From assembly GCA_039796875.1 (NCBI GenBank), contig JBDKIY010000001.1, forward strand, positions 1 through 54,695: a stretch of DNA of 54,695 nucleotides. Direction: 5' to 3'. The first letter of the stretch is position 1. The number at the start of each line of letters is the position of its first letter. Position numbers and translations under genes: made by a program. Positions 36,551-46,803 of this stretch are shown here, piece by piece. The DNA comes from Actinomycetota bacterium. Its GTDB lineage: Bacteria > Actinomycetota > Actinomycetes > Nanopelagicales > Nanopelagicaceae. A model generated the notes under the pieces. That model had not been told where the DNA came from. It searched no databases and saw nothing but the letters and a program-made list of their open reading frames with translations.

Positions 36551-36609
36551 GTTGAATTCGTCGTTTAACAGGTGAACTTGCCCTTACTTCAAAGTGAACA
36601 GTTGGTGAC
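36551..36609. promoter_or_regulatory. Phased G(T)TGAA(C)-type direct repeats in the phoU/senX3 divergent region (candidate RegX3/Pho boxes)
   Basis: GTTGAA at 36551, GTGAAC at 36572, GTGAAC at 36594 and GTGACG at 36605. Spacings are 21, 22 and 11 bp. Confidence 0.45.
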
Positions 36610-36660
36610 GTCGGAGGGACCCAATATGACGCACGGGCGGGGCTTTCGTAGTATGTAGCC

Positions 36661-37722
36661 ATGAAGTTCCGCAAGGATGCGAACGATGGGACCCCTGTTT
36701 CGCAGCTTCCGGAAATCCTTTTAACAGTACTTAATTCTTTAGAGGCAGAGTCAATGATCCTGCTTCCAGGCGATATTCCATTATTCGAATCTGAGGGAAT
36801 TAGTACCTTCGGCCTGTTGCGTGACGGTCGAGTTTCATCGGAAGAGCTAGCAGCACTAATTCGCGTAGTACGTCGCACCAATGAAACACATCGTGGCTCA
36901 CTGGATATTGCCCGCGGACCGATTGGTGCCGGAAAACGCGAAGTAAAAGTTTCCATCACTCCACTTAATGAAGATGGCATGGTTTTAGTACTTGTCTCGG
37001 ATGAAAGTGAAGCCCGTCGTATCGATGCGGTGCGTAGAGATTTTGTGGCAAATGTTTCCCATGAGTTGAAAACACCGATTGGGGCACTGGGCCTACTAAG
37101 CGAAGCTATTTTGGGTGCAAAAGATCAGCCGGAAGCGGTCGTTAAATTTGCTTCTCGAATGCAAAGTGAAGCAAAACGTTTGACGGAGTTAGTCCAAGAA
37201 ATTATCGATCTTTCACGATTGCAAAGTAGCGATCCTCTAACTAAAGCTTTCCCGGTAGAAGTAAGTGAAATTATCAAAGAAGCAATTAGTCAGGCACAGA
37301 TAAACTCCGAGGCTCGTGGAATCTACGTTGAAGTGGGACAGGTCGATAACAGCACTGTGATTGGAGATCGCGATCAATTAATCGCAGCAATTCACAATTT
37401 AATTGAAAATGCCATTAACTACAGTCCGGAAGACACGAAAGTTTCCGTAGTAGCAATCCGCAAAAACAACTTAATTGAAATCTCTGTTACGGATCAAGGT
37501 ATTGGAATTGCAGATGAAGACCAGAGTCGAATATTTGAACGTTTCTATCGTGTTGATCCCGCCCGCTCTCGAGAAACGGGCGGAACCGGCTTGGGATTAT
37601 CAATTGTGAAACATGTGGCTTTGAATCATGGCGGAGATGTTCAGGTTTGGAGCAAGATTGGCGTTGGAAGTACCTTTACTTTGATACTTCCAATTTCAAA
37701 TGAGGATAGGATCGAGGCTTAA
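36661..37722 (+). CDS. senX3: Sensor histidine kinase SenX3-like (no predicted transmembrane segment)
   Basis: H-box FVANVSHELKTPI, an N-box and G-boxes (GGTGLGLSIVKH). A PAS-like N-terminus. An in-frame TAG lies 12 nt upstream of the ATG. Confidence 0.85.
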   Translation: MKFRKDANDGTPVSQLPEILLTVLNSLEAESMILLPGDIPLFESEGISTFGLLRDGRVSSEELAALIRVVRRTNETHRGSLDIARGPIGAGKREVKVSITPLNEDGMVLVLVSDESEARRIDAVRRDFVANVSHELKTPIGALGLLSEAILGAKDQPEAVVKFASRMQSEAKRLTELVQEIIDLSRLQSSDPLTKAFPVEVSEIIKEAISQAQINSEARGIYVEVGQVDNSTVIGDRDQLIAAIHNLIENAINYSPEDTKVSVVAIRKNNLIEISVTDQGIGIADEDQSRIFERFYRVDPARSRETGGTGLGLSIVKHVALNHGGDVQVWSKIGVGSTFTLILPISNEDRIEA

Positions 37723-38405
37723 TGACACGTATCCTGATTGTGGAAGATGAAGCATCTTTCTCTGAAGCTTTAGAGTTTTTGCTTGGCAAAGAGGGTTTTA
37801 GCGTAGTTACCGCAGCCACCGGCACAGAGGCGCTTCGAAAATTCGAACAAGGCGGAATTGATCTTGTCTTGTTGGATTTAATGATTCCTGAAATTTCTGG
37901 TACCGAGGTTTGTCGCCAAATCAGAGCTAAATCACGGGTCCCAATCATTATGTTGACCGCCAAGGATTCTGAGGTCGACAAGGTTGTTGGTTTAGAAATT
38001 GGCGCTGATGACTATGTAACCAAGCCATATTCCTCCCGAGAGCTAGTAGCGCGCATTCGAGCGGTCTTGCGACGCAATGCAGGCGAAGGTATTGAGAATG
38101 AACCAGGAGTTATGACTGTCAATGGAATCCGAATGGACATTGATCGTCATCAAGTTTCGGTCAATGGCATTCCAGTTTCCCTGCCTCTTAAAGAGTTCGA
38201 GTTACTTGAGTTCTTAATGCGTAATGCGGGACGTGTTTTAACCCGCATGCAGTTAATTGATCGAGTATGGGGCAGTGATTATGTAGGGGATACAAAAACT
38301 TTAGATGTTCACATAAAAAGATTACGCGCCAAGATCGAAACCGATCCAGCTAATCCAACTTTGATTCAAACCGTACGCGGTTTGGGTTACAAGATGGAGC
38401 TATAG
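37722..38405 (+). CDS. regX3: Phosphate response regulator RegX3 (OmpR family)
   Basis: Very similar to mycobacterial RegX3 (ILIVEDE, DLVLLDLM.P..SG, GADDYVTKPYS.REL.ARIRAVLRR). TAATG overlap with senX3. Confidence 0.9.
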   Translation: MTRILIVEDEASFSEALEFLLGKEGFSVVTAATGTEALRKFEQGGIDLVLLDLMIPEISGTEVCRQIRAKSRVPIIMLTAKDSEVDKVVGLEIGADDYVTKPYSSRELVARIRAVLRRNAGEGIENEPGVMTVNGIRMDIDRHQVSVNGIPVSLPLKEFELLEFLMRNAGRVLTRMQLIDRVWGSDYVGDTKTLDVHIKRLRAKIETDPANPTLIQTVRGLGYKMEL

Positions 38406-38848
38406 ATTCCAGTATTTGCCACAACAAGTGCATCAAGTTCAACTTTGCCACCTTTAGCAAAGTACATAACTACTGGAACTCGATAACCTGGCTTGGCATT
38501 CAGCACCGCAATTTTTGCTTTTGCATTTGCTGAGTCACCTTCAAAAAACATCGGCTTGTTTTGATTTAATACTGAATCAGAAATCAACTCCGCGCGCTGG
38601 CCATTAATTGTTAAACCAGCAAGAGCATCTGCCTCTGCACCTTGATTAACAATGAATCCAACTAAAGTTCCCGAACCATCTGGCAACGCAATAATTTTTA
38701 CGTTACGAATTTTTAGTGCGCCTGCATCCTTTTCAACGCCATCAGTAACTTGCTTGATTAGACGAGTAGGGGCTTGACCACCTGCCGCGCATCCTGTCAA
38801 GAGCATCATGCTGGCAGCTAAAACGCCAATGGTTCTTTTTGAAATCAT
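38387..38848 (-). CDS. Putative lipoprotein of unknown function
   Basis: Lipobox LLTGC after a signal peptide, with the start at MISKRT (38848). The 3' end overlaps regX3 by 19 nt. Confidence 0.6.
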   Translation of the reverse strand: MISKRTIGVLAASMMLLTGCAAGGQAPTRLIKQVTDGVEKDAGALKIRNVKIIALPDGSGTLVGFIVNQGAEADALAGLTINGQRAELISDSVLNQNKPMFFEGDSANAKAKIAVLNAKPGYRVPVVMYFAKGGKVELDALVVANTGIYSSIL

Positions 38849-38948
38849 GAGGAAATAATGGCAGAAAAGCATTTATTTACGCCCTCTTTTGGGCATTTTC
38901 GTGATTGGAATAACTCTGATAAAATCGCCCTCTAGCGAAAGGCAATCA

Positions 38949-39431
38949 ATGTCATTTAAGGTCGGCGAAACCGTTGTTTATCCCCATCACGGAGCGGCTC
39001 TCATTGAGGCGATTGAGACCCGGACCATCAAAGGCGAAGAAAAGATCTATTTAGTACTAAAGGTCGCACAAGGCGATCTCACAGTACGAGTCCCCGCGGA
39101 AAACGTTGATTTAGTTGGCGTGCGCGATGTGGTTGACTCATCAGGTCTAGAGCGCGTATTTGGTGTTTTACGCCAGCCTTACACCGAAGAGCCCACTAAC
39201 TGGTCTCGTCGCTACAAAGCTAATCTTGAAAAGTTGGCATCAGGTGATGTCATTAAGGTCGCAGAAGTTGTACGCGATCTATTCCGTCGTGATCTTGACC
39301 GTGGATTATCTGCGGGCGAGAAGCGCATGCTTGCAAAAGCCCGCGCTATTTTGATCTCTGAATTGGCGCTCGCAGAAAACACTGACGAAGCCAAAGCTGA
39401 ATCAATTCTCGACGAGGTTCTCGCTTCTTAA
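38949..39431 (+). CDS. carD: RNA polymerase-binding transcription factor CarD
   Basis: Contains [17 protein letters not shown] and [13 protein letters not shown]. Start at MSFKVG. Confidence 0.92.
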   Translation: MSFKVGETVVYPHHGAALIEAIETRTIKGEEKIYLVLKVAQGDLTVRVPAENVDLVGVRDVVDSSGLERVFGVLRQPYTEEPTNWSRRYKANLEKLASGDVIKVAEVVRDLFRRDLDRGLSAGEKRMLAKARAILISELALAENTDEAKAESILDEVLAS

Positions 39432-39465
39432 TTCACTCTCGTGCTTTAGAGACTGAGAGTGATTC

Positions 39466-40614
39466 ATGAATCAAAATCCAACTAGCGCTGCAATTATTGC
39501 TGGCGCAGGCATGGGTCACCGACTCGGTGCGCAGCTTCCAAAAGCGTTAATCCAATTAGATGGCGTAACTTTGGTAGAGCGTGCTTTTACAGCTCTTTCT
39601 ACCGTCGTTGATGAAATAGTAATTACCGCACCTGCCGGTTTTGAAGATCAGTTCCGCTCCATTGTCGGTGAGAGTGCAAAAGTAATTACTGGTGGGGTTT
39701 TACGAAGCGATTCAGTGAATCTGGCTCTTAATTCCCTCTCACCAACCGTGAAAAATGTTCTAGTACATGATGCAGCACGTGCTTTAGCGAGCTCAGAACT
39801 GGCAAAAAAGGTTTTGCAGGAACTTCAATCAGGTGAGGCTGCAGTAATTCCTGCACTTAGTGTTGTGGATACCATCAAAGAGGTTGATCGAGATGGGTAT
39901 GTGAGAAGTACGCCAGATCGCTCAGTTTTACGTGCGATTCAAACTCCGCAAGGTTTTAATGTTGAAGTGCTACGACGCGCGCATCAAGCCAGTGAAGATG
40001 CCACCGATGATGCAGCTTTAGTTGAAGCACTTGGCGTGAAAGTAAAAACAATTGCTGGTGAAGCACGAGCGATGAAAATTACTAATCCAGAGGATTTAGC
40101 AATAGCGGTTACTTATATACATGATGCAAATGCACAACTCCAAGTTGGAGTAGGAACAGATGCACATGCATTTTCATCAGACGCTGCGCGCCAACTCTGG
40201 TTAGCTGGAATTCATTGGCCGGATGTAGTTGGAGTAGATGGTCACTCTGATGGTGATGTCGCAGCGCATGCAATTTGCGATGCGCTATTTAGCGCAACTG
40301 GATTGGGAGATTTAGGTTCTAATTTTGGAGTTTCGGAACCTGAATACGCCGGTGCCTCTGGAGTGACTTTGCTAAAAGAAAGTTTGCAGCGAGTTACAAA
40401 AGCAGGATTTAAAATCAACAATGTTGCGGTGCAAATTGTTTGCAACAAACCCAAAATTGGCACCAGGCGCAATGAGGCAATTGAAGTTTTATCAAATGCG
40501 TTAGGTGGTGCGCCGGTATCTGTTACCGCGACTTCTACCGATGGACTGGGATTTACCGGTGAAGGTAAAGGCATTTCAGCTATCGCAACGGTTTTAGTCG
40601 AGAAGAGGAATTAG
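39466..40614 (+). CDS. ispDF: Bifunctional 2-C-methyl-D-erythritol 4-phosphate cytidylyltransferase / 2-C-methyl-D-erythritol 2,4-cyclodiphosphate synthase
   Basis: N-terminal IspD ([13 protein letters not shown]) and C-terminal IspF ([23 protein letters not shown]) in one uninterrupted frame. Confidence 0.88.
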   Translation: MNQNPTSAAIIAGAGMGHRLGAQLPKALIQLDGVTLVERAFTALSTVVDEIVITAPAGFEDQFRSIVGESAKVITGGVLRSDSVNLALNSLSPTVKNVLVHDAARALASSELAKKVLQELQSGEAAVIPALSVVDTIKEVDRDGYVRSTPDRSVLRAIQTPQGFNVEVLRRAHQASEDATDDAALVEALGVKVKTIAGEARAMKITNPEDLAIAVTYIHDANAQLQVGVGTDAHAFSSDAARQLWLAGIHWPDVVGVDGHSDGDVAAHAICDALFSATGLGDLGSNFGVSEPEYAGASGVTLLKESLQRVTKAGFKINNVAVQIVCNKPKIGTRRNEAIEVLSNALGGAPVSVTATSTDGLGFTGEGKGISAIATVLVEKRN

Positions 40615-40624
40615 GATTAGCGCC

Positions 40625-42010
40625 ATGTCTGCTCTTCGTTTATATGACACCGCCCAACGCAAAGTTGTGGATTTCAAACCGCTTAAAAGCGGCGAGGTTT
40701 CTATGTATGTTTGCGGTGCCACAGTGCAGGCGGCTCCACATGTGGGACATATTCGCAGCGGGGTTAATTTCGATATTTTGCGACGCTGGCTTGCTAAATC
40801 AGGCTTCAAGGTCACCTTTATCCGTAATGTCACCGATATCGATGACAAGATCTTGCATAAAGCGGTCCATGAAGAGATTCCTTGGTGGGCGGTAGCGATG
40901 AAATATGAGCGCGCCTTTGCTTTGGCCTATGAATCGCTAAATGTTTTGCCTCCTACTTATGAACCACGGGCCACCGGTCACATAACTCAAATGATTGAGT
41001 TAATGGAAAAGTTGATTGAAAATGGTTCAGCATATGCGCCAGGAAATGGTGATGTTTATTTAGAGGTTCGTAAGTTAAAAAGTTACTTAACACTTTCCAA
41101 TCAAAAGCTAGATGATTTATTACCAGCTGGCGATGCTGATGAAACTTATAAGAGAGATCCAAGAGATTTCGCATTATGGAAAGCGGCAAAAGCAGGGGAT
41201 CCATCTTGGCCAACTCCCTGGGGAGCAGGTCGCCCGGGATGGCATCTGGAATGTTCTGCAATGGCGCATGCATATTTGGGATCTGATTTTGATATTCATG
41301 GTGGCGGACTCGATTTGATTTTCCCGCACCATGAAAATGAAATTGCCCAATCAGAGGCTGCTGGTTATGGCTTTGCAAAGCTTTGGATGCACAACGCCTG
41401 GGTCACAACTTCAGGTGAGAAGATGAGTAAATCTCTGGGAAACTCTCTGCAGGTTATGGAGGTTCTCAAGCGGGTACGTGGCATTGAATTGCGTTGGTAT
41501 TTGGGTAGTGCTCACTACCGATCAATGTTGGAGTTTTCCTTTGAGGCACTTGATGAATCAGCCACCGCATTTCGCCGTATTGAAAACTTCTTACAACGCG
41601 CAAAAGAGTTGTTTGGTAAGACCCCCGACGCTCTAATTGCCGATGAATTTGCCGCGGTAATGAATGATGATTTGTCAGTTCCTCAAGGGCTGGCGCTGAT
41701 TTCTGAGTGGTTGCGCAATGGAAATACTGCGTTAACTAACCGTGATCTTGCTGAAGTCGCTAAGTTTTCAAGCTACATTCGTGGCGCGCTGGATATTTTA
41801 GGTTGCGATCCTTTTGATTCCGCTTATTCCAATGGAGCTGCGGATCTTTCAACCGCGGTAGATGGATTAATTGCGTTGTTGCTAGAACAGAGAGAAGCGG
41901 CCCGGGCCCGCAAAGATTTTGCTGCTGCGGATTCAATCCGTGATCGCATAACTGCAATGGGAATCTCCATTGAAGACACCCCGCAAGGCCCGAGATGGAG
42001 TATCAGCTAA
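40625..42010 (+). CDS. cysS: Cysteine--tRNA ligase
   Basis: HVGH (HIGH) and KMSKS motifs. The full-length C-terminal domain distinguishes it from MshC. Lies in the carD-ispDF-cysS-rlmB synteny. Confidence 0.9.
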   Translation: MSALRLYDTAQRKVVDFKPLKSGEVSMYVCGATVQAAPHVGHIRSGVNFDILRRWLAKSGFKVTFIRNVTDIDDKILHKAVHEEIPWWAVAMKYERAFALAYESLNVLPPTYEPRATGHITQMIELMEKLIENGSAYAPGNGDVYLEVRKLKSYLTLSNQKLDDLLPAGDADETYKRDPRDFALWKAAKAGDPSWPTPWGAGRPGWHLECSAMAHAYLGSDFDIHGGGLDLIFPHHENEIAQSEAAGYGFAKLWMHNAWVTTSGEKMSKSLGNSLQVMEVLKRVRGIELRWYLGSAHYRSMLEFSFEALDESATAFRRIENFLQRAKELFGKTPDALIADEFAAVMNDDLSVPQGLALISEWLRNGNTALTNRDLAEVAKFSSYIRGALDILGCDPFDSAYSNGAADLSTAVDGLIALLLEQREAARARKDFAAADSIRDRITAMGISIEDTPQGPRWSIS

Positions 42011-42969
42011 TGGCCAGACCAAATCGCAAACCCGATAACAAGCCACCAAAGAAAGGTAAACGCTCTTTGCGCGGCAAGGGTCCAACTCCAAAGGCTGAAG
42101 ATCGTCCGTATCACAAGAAATATAAATCAAAAGAGGAAACGCAACGCAAGCGCACAGAGCGCAAACGCATTGACTCCAAACGTGATCCAAAACGTGGAGA
42201 TCGCAAACGCGATTATCGCCGTGAACCAAAGGATCATGTTGATACCGTTGCAGGTCGTAACGCGGTGGTTGAAGCGTTGCGCGCTGGAATTCCTGCCAAA
42301 GAGTTAATTGTTGCGGTCGGTGTTGATGTTGATGAAAGATTAAATGAAAGCATTCGCCTGGCGCAGAAAATGGGAATTGGAATCAAAGAGGTAGAACGTC
42401 GTCAGATTGAGAATATGACTGGCATCGCTAACCACCAAGGTGTTGCACTGGTTGTAAAGCCATTCCAATACTCCTCCCAAAAAGAAATCTTTGCGCGCGC
42501 AGTAGATCCCGCACTCTTTGTGGCAGTAGATGGTGTTACCGATCCCAGAAACATCGGTGCGATTGCTAGAAGCGCAGCCGCATTTGGCGCAGATGGACTT
42601 TTGATTCCAGAGCGTCGCAACGCATCACTCACCGCAGCGGCTTGGAAAACCTCAGCCGGTGCTGCAGCTCGCCTGCCAATTGCGCAGATCACTAATCTTT
42701 CGCGCTCGATAGAGGATGCCAAAGCTTTTGGCTGCTTCATTGTCGGGCTCGATGGAGATGCTGATACCAGCATTAACGAAATGGAAATTGCTGATCAGCC
42801 GCTGTATGTAATTGTCGGTAGTGAAGGCAAGGGTCTTTCTAGACTTGTGAGAGAAAAGTGTGATTTATTGGTATCAATTCCCATGACTAGCGCGGTTGAA
42901 TCTCTGAACGCTTCAGTTGCTATGTCCATCGCGCTTTATGAAATAGATCGCAAGAGACAAGATATTTAG
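42010..42969 (+). CDS. rlmB: 23S rRNA (guanosine-2'-O)-methyltransferase RlmB-like (SpoU/TrmH family) with a Lys/Arg-rich N-terminal extension
   Basis: SpoU motifs (DGVTDPRNIGAI.RSA, VGSEGKGLS, SLNASVA). The ATG overlaps the cysS TAA (TAATG). Confidence 0.82.
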   Translation: MARPNRKPDNKPPKKGKRSLRGKGPTPKAEDRPYHKKYKSKEETQRKRTERKRIDSKRDPKRGDRKRDYRREPKDHVDTVAGRNAVVEALRAGIPAKELIVAVGVDVDERLNESIRLAQKMGIGIKEVERRQIENMTGIANHQGVALVVKPFQYSSQKEIFARAVDPALFVAVDGVTDPRNIGAIARSAAAFGADGLLIPERRNASLTAAAWKTSAGAAARLPIAQITNLSRSIEDAKAFGCFIVGLDGDADTSINEMEIADQPLYVIVGSEGKGLSRLVREKCDLLVSIPMTSAVESLNASVAMSIALYEIDRKRQDI

Positions 42970-42971
42970 CC

Positions 42972-43745
42972 ATGACCTTTAACCGTTTCATTGCGCTTGG
43001 TGATTCCATGACCGAGGGGATGCAAGATGAAGTGGTTAATGGTAAGTACCGTGGTTGGGCTGACCGTGTAGCTGATGTGATGGCGCAGAGCTATGAAAAC
43101 TTTACCTATGCAAACCTTGCGGTGCGCGGAAAACTAGTCGGACAGGTTTTTGAAGAGCAGGTTCCGGTAGCTGTTGGTTTAGTAAATGGGCCAGGTACTG
43201 TTATCTCATTTCATGCTGGTGCTAATGATGTGATCAGACCTAAATATGATCCAGCAAAAACAATTGAAACCTACAACAGCGCAGTAGACACCATAATGAA
43301 ATCTGGTGCATCTTTGATGTTGTTTTGTGTCATGGAGCAATCTGACAAGAACAATAAGACGGCGCAGATTTGGGCAGAGCGTTTTGCCATCTTCAATGAA
43401 AATGTAAGACAAAAAGCTAACGAGGTTGGAGCAATACTGTTTGATCCCAACCAAGATGAGTTTTGGAAAGATTCCAGATTTATTCATGAAGATCGTTTGC
43501 ATCTAAACAGTGAAGGACATCGCCGAGTTGCCCAAGCGGTTCTGGCCAGATTAAATCTGCCTCACGATCTGGATTGGCGTAAACCTTTACCTCCCAAACA
43601 ACCAATTACTGCGCTAGAAAAAACACAGATCAATCTGCAGTGGTTTGGTGCTTACGCGATTCCGTGGATGATTCGCCGCGCGCGCAGACGCTCATCCGGG
43701 GATGGCAGAATCGCTAAATACCCAGCGCCAATTACTTGGAAATAG
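42972..43745 (+). CDS. SGNH/GDSL hydrolase family protein
   Basis: GDSMTEG block I, GAND block III and a DRLHLN (DxxH) block V. Confidence 0.8.
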   Translation: MTFNRFIALGDSMTEGMQDEVVNGKYRGWADRVADVMAQSYENFTYANLAVRGKLVGQVFEEQVPVAVGLVNGPGTVISFHAGANDVIRPKYDPAKTIETYNSAVDTIMKSGASLMLFCVMEQSDKNNKTAQIWAERFAIFNENVRQKANEVGAILFDPNQDEFWKDSRFIHEDRLHLNSEGHRRVAQAVLARLNLPHDLDWRKPLPPKQPITALEKTQINLQWFGAYAIPWMIRRARRRSSGDGRIAKYPAPITWK

Positions 43746-43751
43746 CCTTAT

Positions 43752-46742
43752 TTAAAAGGAGATTACGGTCCAACTCCATTTGTGGACCCCAGCTTTAACT
43801 CGATACTCCGGCAAAGTATCTGGACCACATGAAGCGGTTCCAACTCCACGCTGCACCGCATCAATACTCACAACCGTGTTGCCACATGTCTGCACAAATA
43901 CGTTGTGGGTTGCATCAGCTAAATCGGTAGAACGCATTGTAGTAACAGTGACCATACGTGGTTTATCTAACTGCACATATAAACCATGGCTCGTTTGGTT
44001 TGTTAAATTAAACCAACGCACACCCATGTGACCACCATTTTCCTGTGGTTTTACGTAAGGCACATACTGTTCCTGAACAGTTGAACTCCAACGATTAACT
44101 TTGCCGATACTGCGATCTGGCATAGTTTCAGCAGGTCCAGTTCCAAAGTAGGTGTATTGATCAAGCCCACCATTTAATTCGAAGTTGATTCCAACTCGAG
44201 CCACATCATTCAATTGTTTTGGCAAGGTAACTTCATCAGTAATTCTCAATCCAGAATCAACTGACTCAACAATTTGATTGTGCTTGATAGCAATTCCAGT
44301 GCTGGTCTTCCAAACATGAGCAATCTTGGTAACCGCTCCGCGTTTGGTCACTTTGGAGGATTCGCGATGCAAATTTCGTAGGCCCCATTTATCCCACTTT
44401 TCAGAGATGCGACCAATAGCGTCATTGTCAGTTGGTGCGCGCCATAGATTCAATCGAGGTGCTACTTCACCGAAGGGGAGAATTATTGAACCTTCATCAT
44501 TTACAAAGCTCTGTGGTTGTTTAGCCAGTTTCGCTTTTGGTAGCGGCTTACTTGGAAGTGCTACCTGGTGCCACGCGACTTCATGGCCGATATGAGACCA
44601 AGGTGTACTGCTGGCTAGAACTAGAGAGAAATTAACAAAGCGCTCACCTAGGGCATCATCTGCTTTTAGGGCGCTGGCTGGAAGGCTAAAAACCACTTTA
44701 TTACGGGGTTTTATGACTGGAAGCTTCACATCACCGCTCAAAGTGGTTTTGCCATTTACGGTAACTTCGTAACGCAGTTTGTACTCTCGCAAATCCACAA
44801 AGAAGTTCTTGTTAAAGATCTCAAATTTGCCGGTCTTGATGTTCTTAGCGGTGATCTTTACGGGAGCGGCAAGGAATTTAAACTCTTGCAGCGCAGGTTT
44901 TGGAGAACGATCTGGGAAAAACATGCCATCACAAACAAAGTTTCCATCATGTTTAGTTTCGCCGTAATCACCACCATATGCAGAGCGCTTTGTGCCATCT
45001 TCTAATGTTTGATCAAGTCCGTGATCCCACATCTCCCAAATAAAGCCACCCTGAAGACCTTTGTAGGTATGTATTGCATCCCAATACTCGGCCAAAGTTC
45101 CATTGCTGTTACCCATCGCATGTGTGTACTCACACATAATTAATGGGCGATCAGCTTTCTTAGATTTGGCATAAGAAATAATCGCTGAGATATTTGGATA
45201 CATAGGACACACAACATCAGTTAAGTCATAGTTGTGGGTCCAGTTACCGCGGATTGCACCTTCATAATGCAGCGGGCGAGAAGGATCAAAGAATCGGGCA
45301 TAACTTGCCGCGGCGCGATGATTTAATCCCGCACCAGATTCATTTCCTAAGGACCAGAAAATTACTGAAGCATGATGAATATCGCGCTGCACCATGCGAG
45401 CTACTCGGTCCACCCAAGCGTTCAAATACTTTTGATCATCGCACAGGGTTACTTGGAAAGCATGTGATTCGATATTTGCTTCACCGACTACATAAAAACC
45501 TAACTCATCGCAAAGATCTAGAAAAGCTGGATCATTTGGATAGTGAGAGGTGCGTACCGCGTTGAAGTTCCAGCGTTTTAACTCCAAAAGATCCTGGCGC
45601 ATTAGATCGCGATTTAGTACTCGGCCGGTTTGGCGGTTGAAATCATGGCGATTTATGCCGTAGATGATGATCGGCTGGCCATTAACTAATAGCTCATTTC
45701 CTACTACCTCTACGCGGCGAAATCCGATTTTCTGCTCAGTTACCTCAATTACCTGCCCAGTTGGATCGATTAACTCATACTCAACGTCATAGAGAGTCGG
45801 GGATTCTGCAGACCATGGCGAGATGCCAGGAATTCGAATCTCTAATTCGAGCGGCCCAGGGATAACTGGCTCAGTTGCTAAGTAAGCCTCGTAATTGGAG
45901 TTGGGCATGTTCCCACCCCAAAAAGTTCCTAGGAAGAAATCATCTCCGGCCTGACGCTCGGCAGCTGTTTTCTCGGTCCATTGCGGCGCTTTGCGATTAA
46001 TTACTGTGGCTGCGGCTTCTGCACTTTTAACGCCGCGCACCTTAACCCGAAGTTGGTAATTAGAGATATCAGCTTCATTTATGGAGTTGATGTGTGCACG
46101 TACTTTTAGTGTTCCGACTTTGTTATTTTTCTCTAAACCAGGTGTGGCATATAAACGTTCAATGAAAACATGTTCGGTGGCGAATAATTTAACGGAGCGG
46201 GTAATACCACCATGCCACCATTGATCTTGATCCTCAATAAATGTGGCATCGGACCATTTAATAACTTTGATTTGAATTCTATTCGATCCGCCATTTAGGT
46301 AATCGGTGATATCAAACTCTGAGGCCAAACGAGAATCTTTTGCTACGCCAACTTCAGAGCCATTAATGGAAAGTATTGCAACTGATTCAAAACCGCCGAT
46401 TGATAAGACAACTCGTTTGTTTTTCCAGGATGAAGGAAGTGAGAATTCGCGTTCATAAATACCAGTTGGATTTTCCTCTGGAACTGCAGGTGGTAGTTGA
46501 GAAAAAGGCATTTGCACATTGGTGTAAACGGGTTTATCACCAAATGGTTGTTGCCCATTAATCATGGTCCAAAGTCCGGGAACAGGGATTGATTGCCAAC
46601 GCTTGCTTGGTTCTTGATCGGGTCTATCTAATAATTGAAAATTCCATTCACCATCTAGAGAGATTGTCATTAGGTGGCCGATATTGAGCATCGGCAAACG
46701 GTTTACCGAGGTGGTCTCGGGGCTCATCCATATAGGTGACAT
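43752..46742 (-). CDS. lacZ: Beta-galactosidase (GH2, LacZ-type)
   Basis: 996 aa. Contains WSLGNESG (acid/base Glu) and CEYTHAMGNSNG (nucleophile Glu region), and is LacZ-like from N- to C-terminus. Confidence 0.9.
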   Translation of the reverse strand: MSPIWMSPETTSVNRLPMLNIGHLMTISLDGEWNFQLLDRPDQEPSKRWQSIPVPGLWTMINGQQPFGDKPVYTNVQMPFSQLPPAVPEENPTGIYEREFSLPSSWKNKRVVLSIGGFESVAILSINGSEVGVAKDSRLASEFDITDYLNGGSNRIQIKVIKWSDATFIEDQDQWWHGGITRSVKLFATEHVFIERLYATPGLEKNNKVGTLKVRAHINSINEADISNYQLRVKVRGVKSAEAAATVINRKAPQWTEKTAAERQAGDDFFLGTFWGGNMPNSNYEAYLATEPVIPGPLELEIRIPGISPWSAESPTLYDVEYELIDPTGQVIEVTEQKIGFRRVEVVGNELLVNGQPIIIYGINRHDFNRQTGRVLNRDLMRQDLLELKRWNFNAVRTSHYPNDPAFLDLCDELGFYVVGEANIESHAFQVTLCDDQKYLNAWVDRVARMVQRDIHHASVIFWSLGNESGAGLNHRAAASYARFFDPSRPLHYEGAIRGNWTHNYDLTDVVCPMYPNISAIISYAKSKKADRPLIMCEYTHAMGNSNGTLAEYWDAIHTYKGLQGGFIWEMWDHGLDQTLEDGTKRSAYGGDYGETKHDGNFVCDGMFFPDRSPKPALQEFKFLAAPVKITAKNIKTGKFEIFNKNFFVDLREYKLRYEVTVNGKTTLSGDVKLPVIKPRNKVVFSLPASALKADDALGERFVNFSLVLASSTPWSHIGHEVAWHQVALPSKPLPKAKLAKQPQSFVNDEGSIILPFGEVAPRLNLWRAPTDNDAIGRISEKWDKWGLRNLHRESSKVTKRGAVTKIAHVWKTSTGIAIKHNQIVESVDSGLRITDEVTLPKQLNDVARVGINFELNGGLDQYTYFGTGPAETMPDRSIGKVNRWSSTVQEQYVPYVKPQENGGHMGVRWFNLTNQTSHGLYVQLDKPRMVTVTTMRSTDLADATHNVFVQTCGNTVVSIDAVQRGVGTASCGPDTLPEYRVKAGVHKWSWTVISF

Positions 46743-46803
46743 GGCGCGTATTGTTCCATTTCTCTTTTATAGTTCTGCACTGCCATACTTGGCAGCTGAA
46801 AAT

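Noticed and set aside
36528-36980. A 151-codon N-terminal extension of the phoU track ORF (35871..36980).
   Set aside because: The extension is Ser/Pro/Arg-rich, has no PhoU similarity, and overlaps the senX3 coding start on the other strand. A full-length PhoU begins at the ATG at 36527.
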